Shown: piece by piece, positions 49,838 to 60,544 of the stretch
Layout of the letters: each line of letters starts with the position of its first letter
Numbering within the stretch: position 1 is the stretch's first letter
IMG/VR virus record: IMGVR_UViG_3300014204_005796
Location: 32,001-96,000 of that record
Length of the DNA stretch: 64,000 bases
Reading direction: 5' to 3' (one strand)
From: a virus
Taxonomy: Duplodnaviria > Caudoviricetes
The notes under the pieces: model-generated
What the model saw: only the letters and a program-made list of their open reading frames with translations
The model's database searches: none
Told to the model about the DNA's origin: nothing
Translations under genes and position numbers: made by a program

Positions 49838-50789
49838 GTCTGTGACCTCCTAAATAGATTTGGAAAGAAACAATTCGTAAACTGTTTCTTTCATAAAGTA
49901 CTTGTGTTTCATGTAGCACTTGCCGACCTGTCTTACGTACGCTTCCAAGTCAATCTTATTCTGTATCACAACCTGCTCACCTGCGCAGTCAAAGAACATT
50001 GCCGCCTGTATCTCTGCGGGTGTAACGCGCTGCACAGGAAAGTCAAAGGCTACTGGTATGTCATGACTTGCCTTTTGTATTGCTGCAATCTGATACGGGG
50101 TAAGTCTCATGCCATCACCTCGGTTATACTGTCAAAATGAATCGTAACTGTATCTTTTCTGATGTCCTGTACTGTTGCCTTTGCCTGTGCGAGTAGCCAG
50201 AACTGGTAACGCAGGCATGCTCTGTTACGCGCTATCTCTGACTGTACTTCTGAATTTTTGAAGCTCTGCTTTAAGGCTTGCTGTTCCTTGCTTTTCTTTG
50301 TGATGTACCTCTGAATCAAAAGCACTTTTCTCTGGGCGTGTTCCAAGCGTGTCACGTGTCCTCACCTCCTTTTAGTGTGAATAGATTTAGTAACCTGCTA
50401 TGCAGTATAACAGAATGACCGAGCCATACACGAACGCAAAAGCAAGTACTGATACAATGATGTACGCAATCGCCTTGCAAACTCTGTCCTTAAGACTAGG
50501 CTTTACAAACATAGGATACATATGCACCTCCTTCTTCATTGAATATAAGTAAGTCGTACTTGCCTGCGCCAAGTTCTGTGTTAAGTCTTTCCTTTATTGT
50601 GTCCACCTGCTCATACGTGCCTGACCAACCAAACCAACCGTTTGAATCCTTTTCACCTGTTCCAAACGCGTCCTCTATAATCCTGTAATAGTACTTACGG
50701 TTAAATGGTGCAGGGTCTGTCGTAACGATAGCAATCTTTCTTTTGCCGTTCAAAGGAACATTCTTTATCATCTCATCACCTCATTTGTT

Positions 50790-50840
50790 GCCCCGACTTC
50801 GGACGGGGCTTGTGGTTTACACGGGGCTATTAACCCCGTG
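50790..50840. other. two adjacent GC-rich hairpins in an intergenic leader
   Basis: GCCCCG-N8-CGGGGC and CACGGGG-N7-CCCCGTG; no U-tract on the coding strand. Confidence 0.55.
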
Positions 50841-50985
50841 CCGTCACCTCTTAAGCTGTCTTTACTTAACTGTGTAGGACTGCACGCCAGACTTCAGCGC
50901 TTCGTCACCATAAAGCAATCACTCCTTTCTGCTTAATGCCTGTGCGTGGGTTCTTAGTTGCCCCGCCACAAAGAACAACATAGCC

Positions 50986-51540
50986 TTATTTGTTTGTGTA
51001 GACTACAGTCTGCCCGTTGTAAAGCGCCACGATGTTTGATGTCTTAATGTTCATAACGTCCGTTGCGTGTCCTTTCGGCCCGTACTCCGCATACCACACA
51101 TCAACCTCTGCTTCCGTCATAGCCTTATGGTCTGCGTCTTCCGCGCCCATGAACACAGTAGACATAAAGTCTGTGTTCGCCATTTTATACACGCGCAGGT
51201 AATGCTCTTCCTTTGCTGTGTGTTTGAACAGTAACAAGTTACCTGATACAGGTACAGCGTAAGTCTTACCTGCCCTGTCCGAGTTCGGGTCTGCAGGTCC
51301 GTCCAGCTTGCCTGTCTGTACTAATGTCTGATAGTCAACTTTGGATAAGTTAACCACCATTTTACGCAGTACTGTTACGCTGGTCAGGTTTGCAGGTGTG
51401 GCAATGCCTGTCTGCCTGCTCTTCTTTAACGCTTCCTTCGTGCTCGTGTATATGACCGTATACACGCCCGCCTTCGGTAACCCTCCAATGACCTGTTCCA
51501 CTGTCTCTTTCACGGTACACCTCCTAATAGTTTGTGGCAC
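50986..51540 (-). CDS. hypothetical protein, first gene of the early-like block
   Basis: true start probably the GTG near 51513 after AGGAGGTG. Confidence 0.55.
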   Translation of the reverse strand: MPQTIRRCTVKETVEQVIGGLPKAGVYTVIYTSTKEALKKSRQTGIATPANLTSVTVLRKMVVNLSKVDYQTLVQTGKLDGPADPNSDRAGKTYAVPVSGNLLLFKHTAKEEHYLRVYKMANTDFMSTVFMGAEDADHKAMTEAEVDVWYAEYGPKGHATDVMNIKTSNIVALYNGQTVVYTNK

Positions 51541-51848
51541 GGCTATTGCTTATAGCAGGTCGACCACCACGTGGTGGCACGTTCCTTGCTTACCGCTTCA
51601 GCCGTCGCCTCGTTCAATCCTCACACTTATCATAGTTTTGATTCGTTGAGGTCATGCGCTGAACAACAAGCCGGGAAGGGGCCCCACTATGTACACACCT
51701 GTATTTTTAAGAACAAATTTTAAGAATTTCGGCCGCCTGTATTTATGAATGTGGTTCCAAAAATTTCCTGGAAAAAATTTTTTTAAGAAATCCTGGCGGA
51801 TTCACCATAGAGACGCCAATTATGCCATGCCATACTTCCCACAGAATA

Positions 51849-51876
51849 AGTATACCCCGCTGGCTAAGAATGTCAA
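51849..51876 (-). promoter_or_regulatory. sigma70-type promoter
   Basis: TTGACA-16-TATACT. Confidence 0.6.
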
Positions 51877-52663
51877 GACCTATTTTTATGTGGGTTATAA
51901 ATTTTGAGGTTGTCTCGGACTATGAAACCAAAAGAAAGGACCCGGTGAACATAAACGGCATAATTCGCAATCATACTTAACGACTAGATTGTTACCGTAC
52001 GGGCATACTTATCCCGGGGTTGGGGCGGGACCGTGATCCGTAGGAACGTGATCCGCCAGGTCGTGAAGCGAATAGGCTCCTTAATCGCTTCACGCCGGAG
52101 GTCGCTTCATGTAGCGGTCGGATATGAGCGCGTAGCGGAGCAGACACCCGGGTAGGGCTCCGCCCGCGAGTGCGCGTTTTAGGGCGTGTTTTAAGGGGTG
52201 GTACGGGTAAAGAGCTTAAGTTGGGTTCCGGACTCTTCTACGGGCCGGGGAAGCGGCTTTTTAGGGGGTTGTAGCGCATATTTAGCACTGACGTAGCCAT
52301 AAATACCGGCTACTATGGGTGTTATGTTCGACCCCACGTCATATACAGGCACGGTGATGATGTCTGGCAGCGGCCATAAAGAATGCTCGATACCCGGGCA
52401 TTTCTCCCGCATAGCGTCGTAGAGCCTATAAATTTCCCTGGTAAGATCCTCTTCGGACGTAAATTCCAGCAAGGGAACCATAATCCTGGGGCTATCATCA
52501 CCTGAGTAGTGCTCTACCTCTATCACCTTATGTGCGTTCATCTGATGCGCGTTCATCTGAAATATATCTATGGGACCCTCGCCCATATATAAGTCATAAA
52601 CAGGCACGGACCCGGGAGACATGAGATCTATCCGGCACCACGTGGGCAGCGTCATAGCGCGCA

Positions 52664-53224
52664 TTACCAGGTCACCGTGGTTGGCGGCCAGGTAGGAGCG
52701 CCAGGTTCCGGGTATTCCAGGGGAGCACTCATGGCCTGGCGCTGTCTCTCCGATTTTTCCATCCGACGCTGCTCGTCACGCTCGTGTTGTTCCAGTTCCA
52801 GCTTTCTCACATGCTTGGCCAAGTCTTCCCCGTAAATCTCATTGCTAAAGTACAGCGTAGGAAAAACTGTCACGCTGATCTCCACTTTGGTTACCAGGGG
52901 CCGGGCTATGACCTGGGCTACTGCTTTTAACAGGCCCGGAGACTCCGGATCTTTCTTCCTTAAGTTAAAACGCTGCGGGTGGTCTACCAACGTCTCCACT
53001 GTTACAGTTATATCGTCTTCTGTAGTTAAGACGTTCTCCATCCAAAATAATAAAGTAGACATAGCCGTGCCGGGCAGAAACTCCTTGCTTAAATGTACTA
53101 CGACCTGCCCCTCGCGCCAGTCCATATTGCAGTCCGCAGACCAGGGCTTTACCTCCGCAAGAAACGCCTTAACCTTCTCTGCAGGTGTCCGCGGTACCTT
53201 TTTCTTTTTATTAAATAGTCCCAT
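52664..53224 (-). CDS. hypothetical protein with shared motif
   Basis: PGTAMSTLLFWMENV. Confidence 0.6.
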   Translation of the reverse strand: MGLFNKKKKVPRTPAEKVKAFLAEVKPWSADCNMDWREGQVVVHLSKEFLPGTAMSTLLFWMENVLTTEDDITVTVETLVDHPQRFNLRKKDPESPGLLKAVAQVIARPLVTKVEISVTVFPTLYFSNEIYGEDLAKHVRKLELEQHERDEQRRMEKSERQRQAMSAPLEYPEPGAPTWPPTTVTW

Positions 53225-53235
53225 AACAGCACCTC

Positions 53236-53754
53236 CTACTTTTTGTGCTTGTGCTTTGAAAAAGGATCTATGTCTTTGTCACTTGGCGCGGGCACAGGGG
53301 CATTGATTAGATCTTCCACTTTCTTCTCCATAGCGTCCTGATATTTGCGGCCATGACGTAAAACAGAAATCATATCCGTCGCGTTTGCCAGGTCCAGGTA
53401 GTCCATATCCTCATCATAGAACTTAAAGTATACACGGCTGTGCCAGGAGTCTATGTCCACCACCAGGTAACGTATTGCCTTTCCTGTGGCCCTGTGCATA
53501 AATTGTTTCCCGGCGGTGTCCACCTTTAAAACTATAGCGGCCTCGTCTGATTGAAATTGCTTGCTTGTATCCTCCAGGTCGGTCGTGGTCAAAGTTATAT
53601 CCTGCTTTTGAAACTCCGCCACAACCGCCTTAACGTCCGTCATCGGGTCCATTGAGCGTACTGCCATATAGCCAAAGAACGTTACTACCACAAGTGCCAA
53701 ACCCAGCATAATAAATCCGGCTGGTACCTTAACGTCTTCTTCATTAATTTTCAC
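53236..53754 (-). CDS. membrane-anchored protein
   Basis: N-terminal TM helix. Confidence 0.5.
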   Translation of the reverse strand: MKINEEDVKVPAGFIMLGLALVVVTFFGYMAVRSMDPMTDVKAVVAEFQKQDITLTTTDLEDTSKQFQSDEAAIVLKVDTAGKQFMHRATGKAIRYLVVDIDSWHSRVYFKFYDEDMDYLDLANATDMISVLRHGRKYQDAMEKKVEDLINAPVPAPSDKDIDPFSKHKHKK

Positions 53755-55969
53755 GTCATGCCTCCTAAGAAATCATCATGTAATAATAAAGGTTCGGAAA
53801 ATACACCGGTACTACATACGCGAACAAAACAGAAAGTAGAACAATTGCCAATATGTATACCCAGAACGGAACCTCATCTGTTGCTTTTACGTTTTTCATT
53901 TATCCACCTCTCCTGTAGTTTTATACGTCTTTTACCATGGACACTATTGTCCACGGGAGCGCAATAAGTGCACATGAAACGGCCAGACCTAAAAGTACAT
54001 TAATATTAGAACACACACAGACTAGATAAAACATTAAAAGTACATATGCAAACGCACAAACTAACACAATGGTTGATGCCAAAAATCTGCCAATAAATTT
54101 TACCACGACATTTTCACGCACGTCCTCACCACCTTTGGGCTTTTAGCCAGGATAAAAACTGAGTAAGCGTCGTAGCCTTCTTCATGAAATCCTCTTCCCG
54201 GTAGAGAGGATCTTCTCTTTTACAAAATTCTTTCCATTCCTTATCAGAGTCCTTTATATTTAACTGCTGTCCTATAAAATTCGGCAGTCTCCAGCGGCAT
54301 TCCCTGAGCAGCACACGCTCGTACGCTATCATACGCTCAAGCGTGTTTATCACCGGCCGGGGTTTAGGTCCTAAAAGTTGAAGGTCGTCCGGGTCCACGT
54401 TTGACATAATATTATACTTTAGCAATTCAGTTTCCGTAAGCAGGCCGTCCGTCGGCTGCCTCAGCGACTCTATGTAAACGTCTATGTCATCGTTTCGTAC
54501 CCGGCTCTTTTTGAACACTCTCATTGTCTACCCCCGCGTGCCTATACGGCCAGGATCAGAATCCTGCGGTGTATACGTGTGAATACAGTCCTGACATTTA
54601 CTTACACACTTGTAAACTGTTTTGGTTTTCGATTTCTTATGCTTTAACTTTCTCTTTTTTGTTTTCATGTTGCCTCCTATCGGTCTGGAATATGGTCTCC
54701 GGCCCTAAGACCAAACAAGGGTAAAACAAGCCTGCGTGATGAATATACATCCGTTCCCATGGCTCCATACGTGGGTGCACGCTCCAGTATGACTATTGTA
54801 ACACCGCGTGTAAGAGTGTCCGGGGTGCTTGATGGAATACAGCTGACCTGTACGCGTAAGTCTAAAGAATTTCGTCTAATCCACTCGCCGCAAACTGTCT
54901 CCACTTCCCGTTCATTCTGTGGACCTACGTATTTAAGATTTTTAAACAACATGTCCAGGTATGCTTCCAGGATCTTTCTGCGCTTTTTCTTCTGTGCAGG
55001 GTCACGCTTTGGCACCGCCTGCGGATTGTTAGAAAAGTTCTGCGCAAACGTATACATAGGAGTTCCACCGCCGGGTGCCACATAGCCATGACTAATCATG
55101 GGAGTTCAACCTCCATGCGCACATACTGTACTCCAAATTTGCTCTGCGCCACAACTACCAGTGTATTGGAGCCAACCTGGTTTACCTCAATATTTCTAAG
55201 AGCCCCATCTTTATGTGCTTCTGCTAAAACTAACTGCTTGGCCTGCGTCATAACTTGCGGCGTAACCTTTTTACCTATTATAGAAGTAAGCGACTGCGCC
55301 AACTGCGCTTTCATCAACTTCATTTCTTTCTCGGAGTACACGTCCGCCTTAGTCCAAGCAGTACCGTCTTTATGCATAATCTGAGGATTAACATTTATCA
55401 TTTTGTTTTCTCCGAGCGTCGGGCATACAACATGTCTTTGTGGTACTTACCATATTGTATACGTATATGTATACTGTTCTTAGGAAGGTTCACCTGTTCA
55501 ACCATATAGCTGCACACCGGGTTTAGCTCAAGAGACGCCTTGCATTTGTCTATTAAACTACTTACGGACCCAGCCGTTAGCAGAGTTGGCAGCGTGTCTG
55601 CATAGCGTACCATCATAGTCTGTATTTGGTCTGCACATAGCTGTAGAACCCATGAGGCCCGTTGAAAGTCTATGCCGCTTTTGGGTATTCGCTGTGGATT
55701 AGCACTAGCTTGCATTAAATCTTTTAGTGTCATGCTTTCTCCTTTTAGTGCATTTAAGCAAGCCAAGGTCCTCCACAATATCTTCCTCAGACAGCTGAAA
55801 ATTCTTTGTGCCTATAATTTTCCACTGCTCCAAGCCGATAGGATATCTAACCTTAACATGCTTACCGCTAGGAGAAAGCTCTATTACAAAAAGCTCCACG
55901 GCGGCGTCTGTGATATATGGTGCACAATAAATGATTCTGTGCCCTACAAGGTCTGCGAATTTCATTCGT

Positions 55970-56197
55970 TTATCCATGCTTTCTCTCCTTCTTTGCTGCC
56001 TGCGCGTCGGCCCAGGTGCAGTCCTGCTTTTTCTTTTCTGCAGCCATTTCGTTCTCTAAGGCTGTTATACACATTTCTTCCAGAGTTTTTTCATTCTCTA
56101 TGCACAGACCCAGCAGCAAAAAATATATGCGCCTGGGCAGCGTCACAGTCAGGTAGCTATATTTTTTTGCTTTTCCTGTCTTCTTTTTTGTACTCAT
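55970..56197 (-). CDS. ribbon-helix-helix DNA-binding protein
   Basis: YLTVTLPRRIY..L...C....TLEEMC..AL. Confidence 0.6.
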   Translation of the reverse strand: MSTKKKTGKAKKYSYLTVTLPRRIYFLLLGLCIENEKTLEEMCITALENEMAAEKKKQDCTWADAQAAKKERKHG

Positions 56198-56495
56198 CTT
56201 CCAGTACCTCCTTCGTCAGTTCTATTACTTCAGCGCAGTTTTTCATAAGCTCCTTAATCGTCTTACCGTCGGTTCCACCCCCACAGATATTGAAAAAGGC
56301 CACGTAGGTGTCTCCTTCTTTCTTAACTGTTATCTTAATTGGAGACATTACATAGCGGTCCCGCTTGCCGCCGTCAGGAAGCCTGCTGCACAACTGTGTT
56401 CCGGGTGCATTGCACAGCTGGCTCCCTTCATAGCGTCTGTAGTGCCGGCAGTCTACCGGACACTCTGGCTTAAAACTTGATTTCTTTTGTTTCAT
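56157..56495 (-). CDS. HicB-like antitoxin domain protein
   Basis: ITVKKEGDTYVA...TDGKTIKELMKNCAEVIEL. Confidence 0.55.
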   Translation of the reverse strand: MKQKKSSFKPECPVDCRHYRRYEGSQLCNAPGTQLCSRLPDGGKRDRYVMSPIKITVKKEGDTYVAFFNICGGGTDGKTIKELMKNCAEVIELTKEVLEDEYKKEDRKSKKI

Positions 56496-56973
56496 ATTCA
56501 GGCTGCGCTTCTGCCGGGATCACTATGGTAAGCAGGCCGTCAGCGTAGGTAACTTTAAGATCCGCTGTATGGTATCTCCCGACATTCCAGGACTGCCTGA
56601 AATCTGTAGGTTGTTCCATACTTCCCGCGATAGCTCCAAGAGAAATGACCACAACTGTCAGGAACGGACCCGCGACCGTGACTTTAACGCGTTCTTTCGG
56701 TATGCCGGGGAATGCCGCTTTGATCGTGATACCTTCTTTTGTGGCAACCTCATCAATTGAGTACTTGAACTTCTTTGACACCTCACCGAAAACCGCTTCA
56801 ACTTTTTTCACGTTAGTTTCCAGTGTACCGTCCAGCGCCCTGGCTGCCTTGTCCATCGCGTCACTAGCCACGTCCATAGCCTTGCTCATCGAATCCTTTG
56901 CATCATCAAACAGTTTTTTTAACTCCATGTTTCTTTTCCTCCTTAGGTTTTTTACTGAAGTACAGCGCCACAA
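56470..56973 (-). CDS. small heat shock protein (Hsp20)
   Basis: FPGIPKERVKVTV...F.QSW...YADGLLTIVIP. Confidence 0.8.
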   Translation of the reverse strand: MWRCTSVKNLRRKRNMELKKLFDDAKDSMSKAMDVASDAMDKAARALDGTLETNVKKVEAVFGEVSKKFKYSIDEVATKEGITIKAAFPGIPKERVKVTVAGPFLTVVVISLGAIAGSMEQPTDFRQSWNVGRYHTADLKVTYADGLLTIVIPAEAQPEYETKEIKF

Positions 56974-57169
56974 GCGCTTCTTCCAGCTTAGAATCTTCTG
57001 TGTAATATCCGAAATCCTTCGCGGCGTTCATAAGCATCTGCCCGAGCCGGATATCCGGATACTTCTTCCAAATCTTGTGAATCAACTTCACCATCCTGGA
57101 TATTCTCTTCGTGTCTCTTGCCATGCCACACCTCCTAGTTAATTGACTCCCACACCACCACAAATACAC
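56906..57169 (-). CDS. DUF1040/YihD-like small protein
   Basis: RD.KRI...IWKKYPDIRLGQML. Confidence 0.5.
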   Translation of the reverse strand: MYLWWCGSQLTRRCGMARDTKRISRMVKLIHKIWKKYPDIRLGQMLMNAAKDFGYYTEDSKLEEALVALYFSKKPKEEKKHGVKKTV

Positions 57170-58026
57170 ATAGTACTATAGTAAGGGTGATGACCACAGG
57201 AGCCCATATTTTTATTAAGAATATCCAGAGCAAAAAGATGGAGAGCACTGCTATTGTAACGCCCAGAGTTTTTAAAAATTTTATCATTCGTTCCACCCCA
57301 CGATTACAGACTTAGATAGCGGTCGGTGTCCTACCTTAAGCGCCGCCAGGCGCCCTACCGTATCAGGGCCGTCCTGGTCCCGGCTAACACCCATTAACTG
57401 CTTGTTTACAAACGCGGACGCCTTTACGGTGTAGAACGCCGAATGGTGCGTCGTGGTACATCCCTTGGACGTACAATTCGTATGCGTATGTGCCGGAGTA
57501 AACTCTGAAGCATAAACTTCTCCAGTAATGGCCTTCCAATCCTTAATTGCAGTGTTATCATAGATAAGCAATGCAATTGAAATACTGCCTGCAACACAAA
57601 TGAGTACTGCTGCAGCCATCTTGACAAAATATTCGTCTATATCAATAGACATTAGGCTGTCCCAGGTCTCCCCGGCAAGGCTCTTTATCTTTGTACCGGC
57701 CTTAGCAGCCATCTGCCAAATTGTCATGTTTCCTCCTTTCGGCGGCAGCTCTTAACTTCAAAATTTTGCGCTGCCGATATGTGCTATCATATGCAACCTT
57801 ATCCAGCTTTATTGGCGTAACGTCCCGGTACACTCCGAACATCCTCCAGAAAAAAGGCCTTGGTAACGCTGGTGTGAATGTCGGGCATGTATTAAGAATA
57901 TTTATTTGGTCACACTCCGCGTCGTGTTCTTCCTTGCGTATAGGCGTGTCTTCTATAATGACATAACGTGCACATACGTTGTGCTCACCCCAGTCGCTAT
58001 CGTGATATCGAAAAAACTCGCACTTG

Positions 58027-58791
58027 TTACAGTATACTTTCTTTTTCTTGTGCATTCTGAATCTCCTTTACCATATGCTTCCTTGACATATAGGTGCCTG
58101 ATATAGCACTGGTTGTAGTATTATAGATCTGGGCAATGGTTTTCCATGGCAACTTGGCAGCAGTTCTTAAGTAGTGTATTTTTACCAATTCTTCATCGGG
58201 CAGCTTTTTCATTGTGTAAATTCCACGCTCATTTAAGCATGCCACTACAGTATTACGTTTAAGTCCTGTTGATCTGGCCAATTCGCACGTGTTCGTAACT
58301 CCGCTCTTGTAGAGACGCTCGATTGTATCTGTATGCATGCGACCGCGTACAGAAGAAGACTTTTCCATACGCTTATCATTAAAGGTTTGCCACGCGACGG
58401 TAAATAACGCCACGCTTACATTAAATATTTTGTGCATTTGTCGCAGTGAAACCAGCGGGTGTGCTTTTTTGTAGGCGGCCATGCGCCTATATAGGTCGCG
58501 TGTATCTATGAATTTCTTAGACATGTGCGCTGCCGAAAGCGCATGTAAACCACGTGACCCAAATTTTTTTAGAACTTCCACGTACGTATAAGGTTTGCGG
58601 GCAATCTTTTTTACTATAGATGTCACTGTCTTATGCGACAATTTTATGTGTGGTTTGGCAAAGTAATCCCTGACAAACTCCCTTGAAATACCATAGCGAG
58701 TTTGAATGTTCCTGGCACTTTCAAAGCAGCTTAGGTACTTTACAAGGCGGTTAAGGATTAGTTCAGTCTTAGGTTTGAACTTTGGTATCAT
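58027..58791 (-). CDS. multi-HTH basic DNA-binding protein
   Basis: ELARSTGLKRNTV and WKTIAQIYNTTTSAI HTH-like segments. Confidence 0.55.
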   Translation of the reverse strand: MIPKFKPKTELILNRLVKYLSCFESARNIQTRYGISREFVRDYFAKPHIKLSHKTVTSIVKKIARKPYTYVEVLKKFGSRGLHALSAAHMSKKFIDTRDLYRRMAAYKKAHPLVSLRQMHKIFNVSVALFTVAWQTFNDKRMEKSSSVRGRMHTDTIERLYKSGVTNTCELARSTGLKRNTVVACLNERGIYTMKKLPDEELVKIHYLRTAAKLPWKTIAQIYNTTTSAISGTYMSRKHMVKEIQNAQEKESIL

Positions 58792-58956
58792 TTATAACTG
58801 CCCCACAGTCTGAGGTAATACCTCTTTGTCTTTTCTCGGTAGCGTATCCAGTTCGGATTGATTTTGTGTTTCTTGCAGTACTGATCCAACTCAGCCCGCA
58901 CTTTCGTCCAAACGTATACACATCCGTTAAAACTCTTACGCTTCTCAACCATTATA

Positions 58957-59421
58957 TCAGAAAGACCCAGTACTGTCAAGAGGAATTTTGCGCTGTTTAT
59001 TGAACGCAGTAGTTAGCAGCTCATATATAGGGCCTTGCGGCCAGCGTCCATAGGCAAAGCGCACCCCTCCGTCGTTACCAAGAGGATCTGGGCCACAAAG
59101 GCGAGCTGGCCCTTCAGGATTCGTAATCGTTATGTGGTCCGAGTGAGCCTCTACGGTGTAGCCCGGCATTATCTCCCAGCTGAACAAATTTCCACCATTT
59201 GCCTTTACTATAGTGTACAGATTTTCCATTTCAAAATACACAGTAGACATAGACGTATTAGGGTCCAGCAGCTTGTCTGCTTTTAGTCGAACCACCCGAA
59301 GATCTGTGAATTCCCAATAGGTTAAATTTAAATGCTCAGATACTACTTTGAAAACAAAGTTCTCCCATGCAACTGAGGTTTCCCTTAAACCACGAATACC
59401 CATGCTAAATCTGAATACCAT
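58957..59421 (-). CDS. hypothetical protein with shared motif
   Basis: PNTSMSTVYFEMENL. Confidence 0.6.
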   Translation of the reverse strand: MVFRFSMGIRGLRETSVAWENFVFKVVSEHLNLTYWEFTDLRVVRLKADKLLDPNTSMSTVYFEMENLYTIVKANGGNLFSWEIMPGYTVEAHSDHITITNPEGPARLCGPDPLGNDGGVRFAYGRWPQGPIYELLTTAFNKQRKIPLDSTGSF

Positions 59422-59460
59422 TTACCTGAGGCTCTATCTTGTATGAAGGTTTAACGATTT

Positions 59461-59919
59461 TCATACAGCCACCTCCTTAATTTTAGTGACTAAGTCTTTA
59501 AGCGAATACACCACAGGTATTTTATCATTCGCGAGGAGTACCTGGGTTTCAACGTCTTTCCTTCTCTTATACTCCGGATGTATGCCCACAATAATTTTCT
59601 TCTCCGGACGAGACAGGCCCCACATGCCAAGCTCGAATAGTACGATCGGGCATAGCGTTTCCGGCGCAAACCAGAACGATATGATGTTTGAATCCCTGAG
59701 TCTTTCAAACTCCCAGGTAATCTGTTTCACAGCTTCAGCGGGCTCATGCATTGGAAAGCTGACCCTACGTGGGTTATATATGTCCAAATCCGGAACGTCC
59801 GCCAATGCTTTAATAACGTCAGTCTGCCAAATAAAACATCCCGATATACCACCGGCTAAGAACAACTTATTCTTAGCTTCTGTCTTTACCGTATCCGGAC
59901 ACTGAATATGCTTGGCCAT
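59461..59919 (-). CDS. nucleoside 2-deoxyribosyltransferase-like protein
   Basis: LFLAGGI..WQ, YNPRR, QITWE, FWF...PIVLFELG. Confidence 0.85.
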   Translation of the reverse strand: MAKHIQCPDTVKTEAKNKLFLAGGISGCFIWQTDVIKALADVPDLDIYNPRRVSFPMHEPAEAVKQITWEFERLRDSNIISFWFAPETLCPIVLFELGMWGLSRPEKKIIVGIHPEYKRRKDVETQVLLANDKIPVVYSLKDLVTKIKEVAV

Positions 59920-59920
59920 G

Positions 59921-60544
59921 TTATTTCTCCCTGCGGGTTTTGCCCGTTAAATCTGGAATTTCTCCTATGCGGAAATCCGTGATACCGTGTTTATGCAGCA
60001 GTTCTGCACAGGCATCACATATGTAGGTATGCCCAAGCAAATAGAGTTTTGCTCCGGTGGCAGCAGACCCGGCTTTACTTATAACGTCCGCTTCTGCATG
60101 CCCACGCTGGTGGCATACTTTTTTGCATAAGTCATAACCAGTACCGGACTTCATATGTTGTTCTTCTCTGGGGCAGTCCAGCTGAGGAGACGCCACCCAG
60201 TTAGAACCAACCCAGTAAGCATCATCTTTGACAAGTATGGCAACAACATGCTGCTTACTGCAGCGCTGCTTATAATGCTTATCAATTTCTTCCATGAGCA
60301 TAACCTTAGTGCGTAAGGCTTCTATACGCATCTGAATCTCCTTTTTCTTTTCTCCAGTATATGTAATGGAACGATTGCCATGCCAATATGTGTCGCCGCA
60401 TTTAACACAGGCGTATATAGGTTGTTCCCAAATATCGTCCATCTTTACAAAAATCATGTCTCCAAGGAAGCCACAGCCACAAAGTCCCCGAACGGGTTGC
60501 TTATAATCTGGTGTCGTCTTTGACATAGGCGAGATACTCCTCAA
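59921..60544 (-). CDS. dCMP/cytidine deaminase-family protein
   Basis: HAE...ICDAC zinc motif; extra N-terminal Cys-rich domain. Confidence 0.75.
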   Translation of the reverse strand: MRSISPMSKTTPDYKQPVRGLCGCGFLGDMIFVKMDDIWEQPIYACVKCGDTYWHGNRSITYTGEKKKEIQMRIEALRTKVMLMEEIDKHYKQRCSKQHVVAILVKDDAYWVGSNWVASPQLDCPREEQHMKSGTGYDLCKKVCHQRGHAEADVISKAGSAATGAKLYLLGHTYICDACAELLHKHGITDFRIGEIPDLTGKTRREK

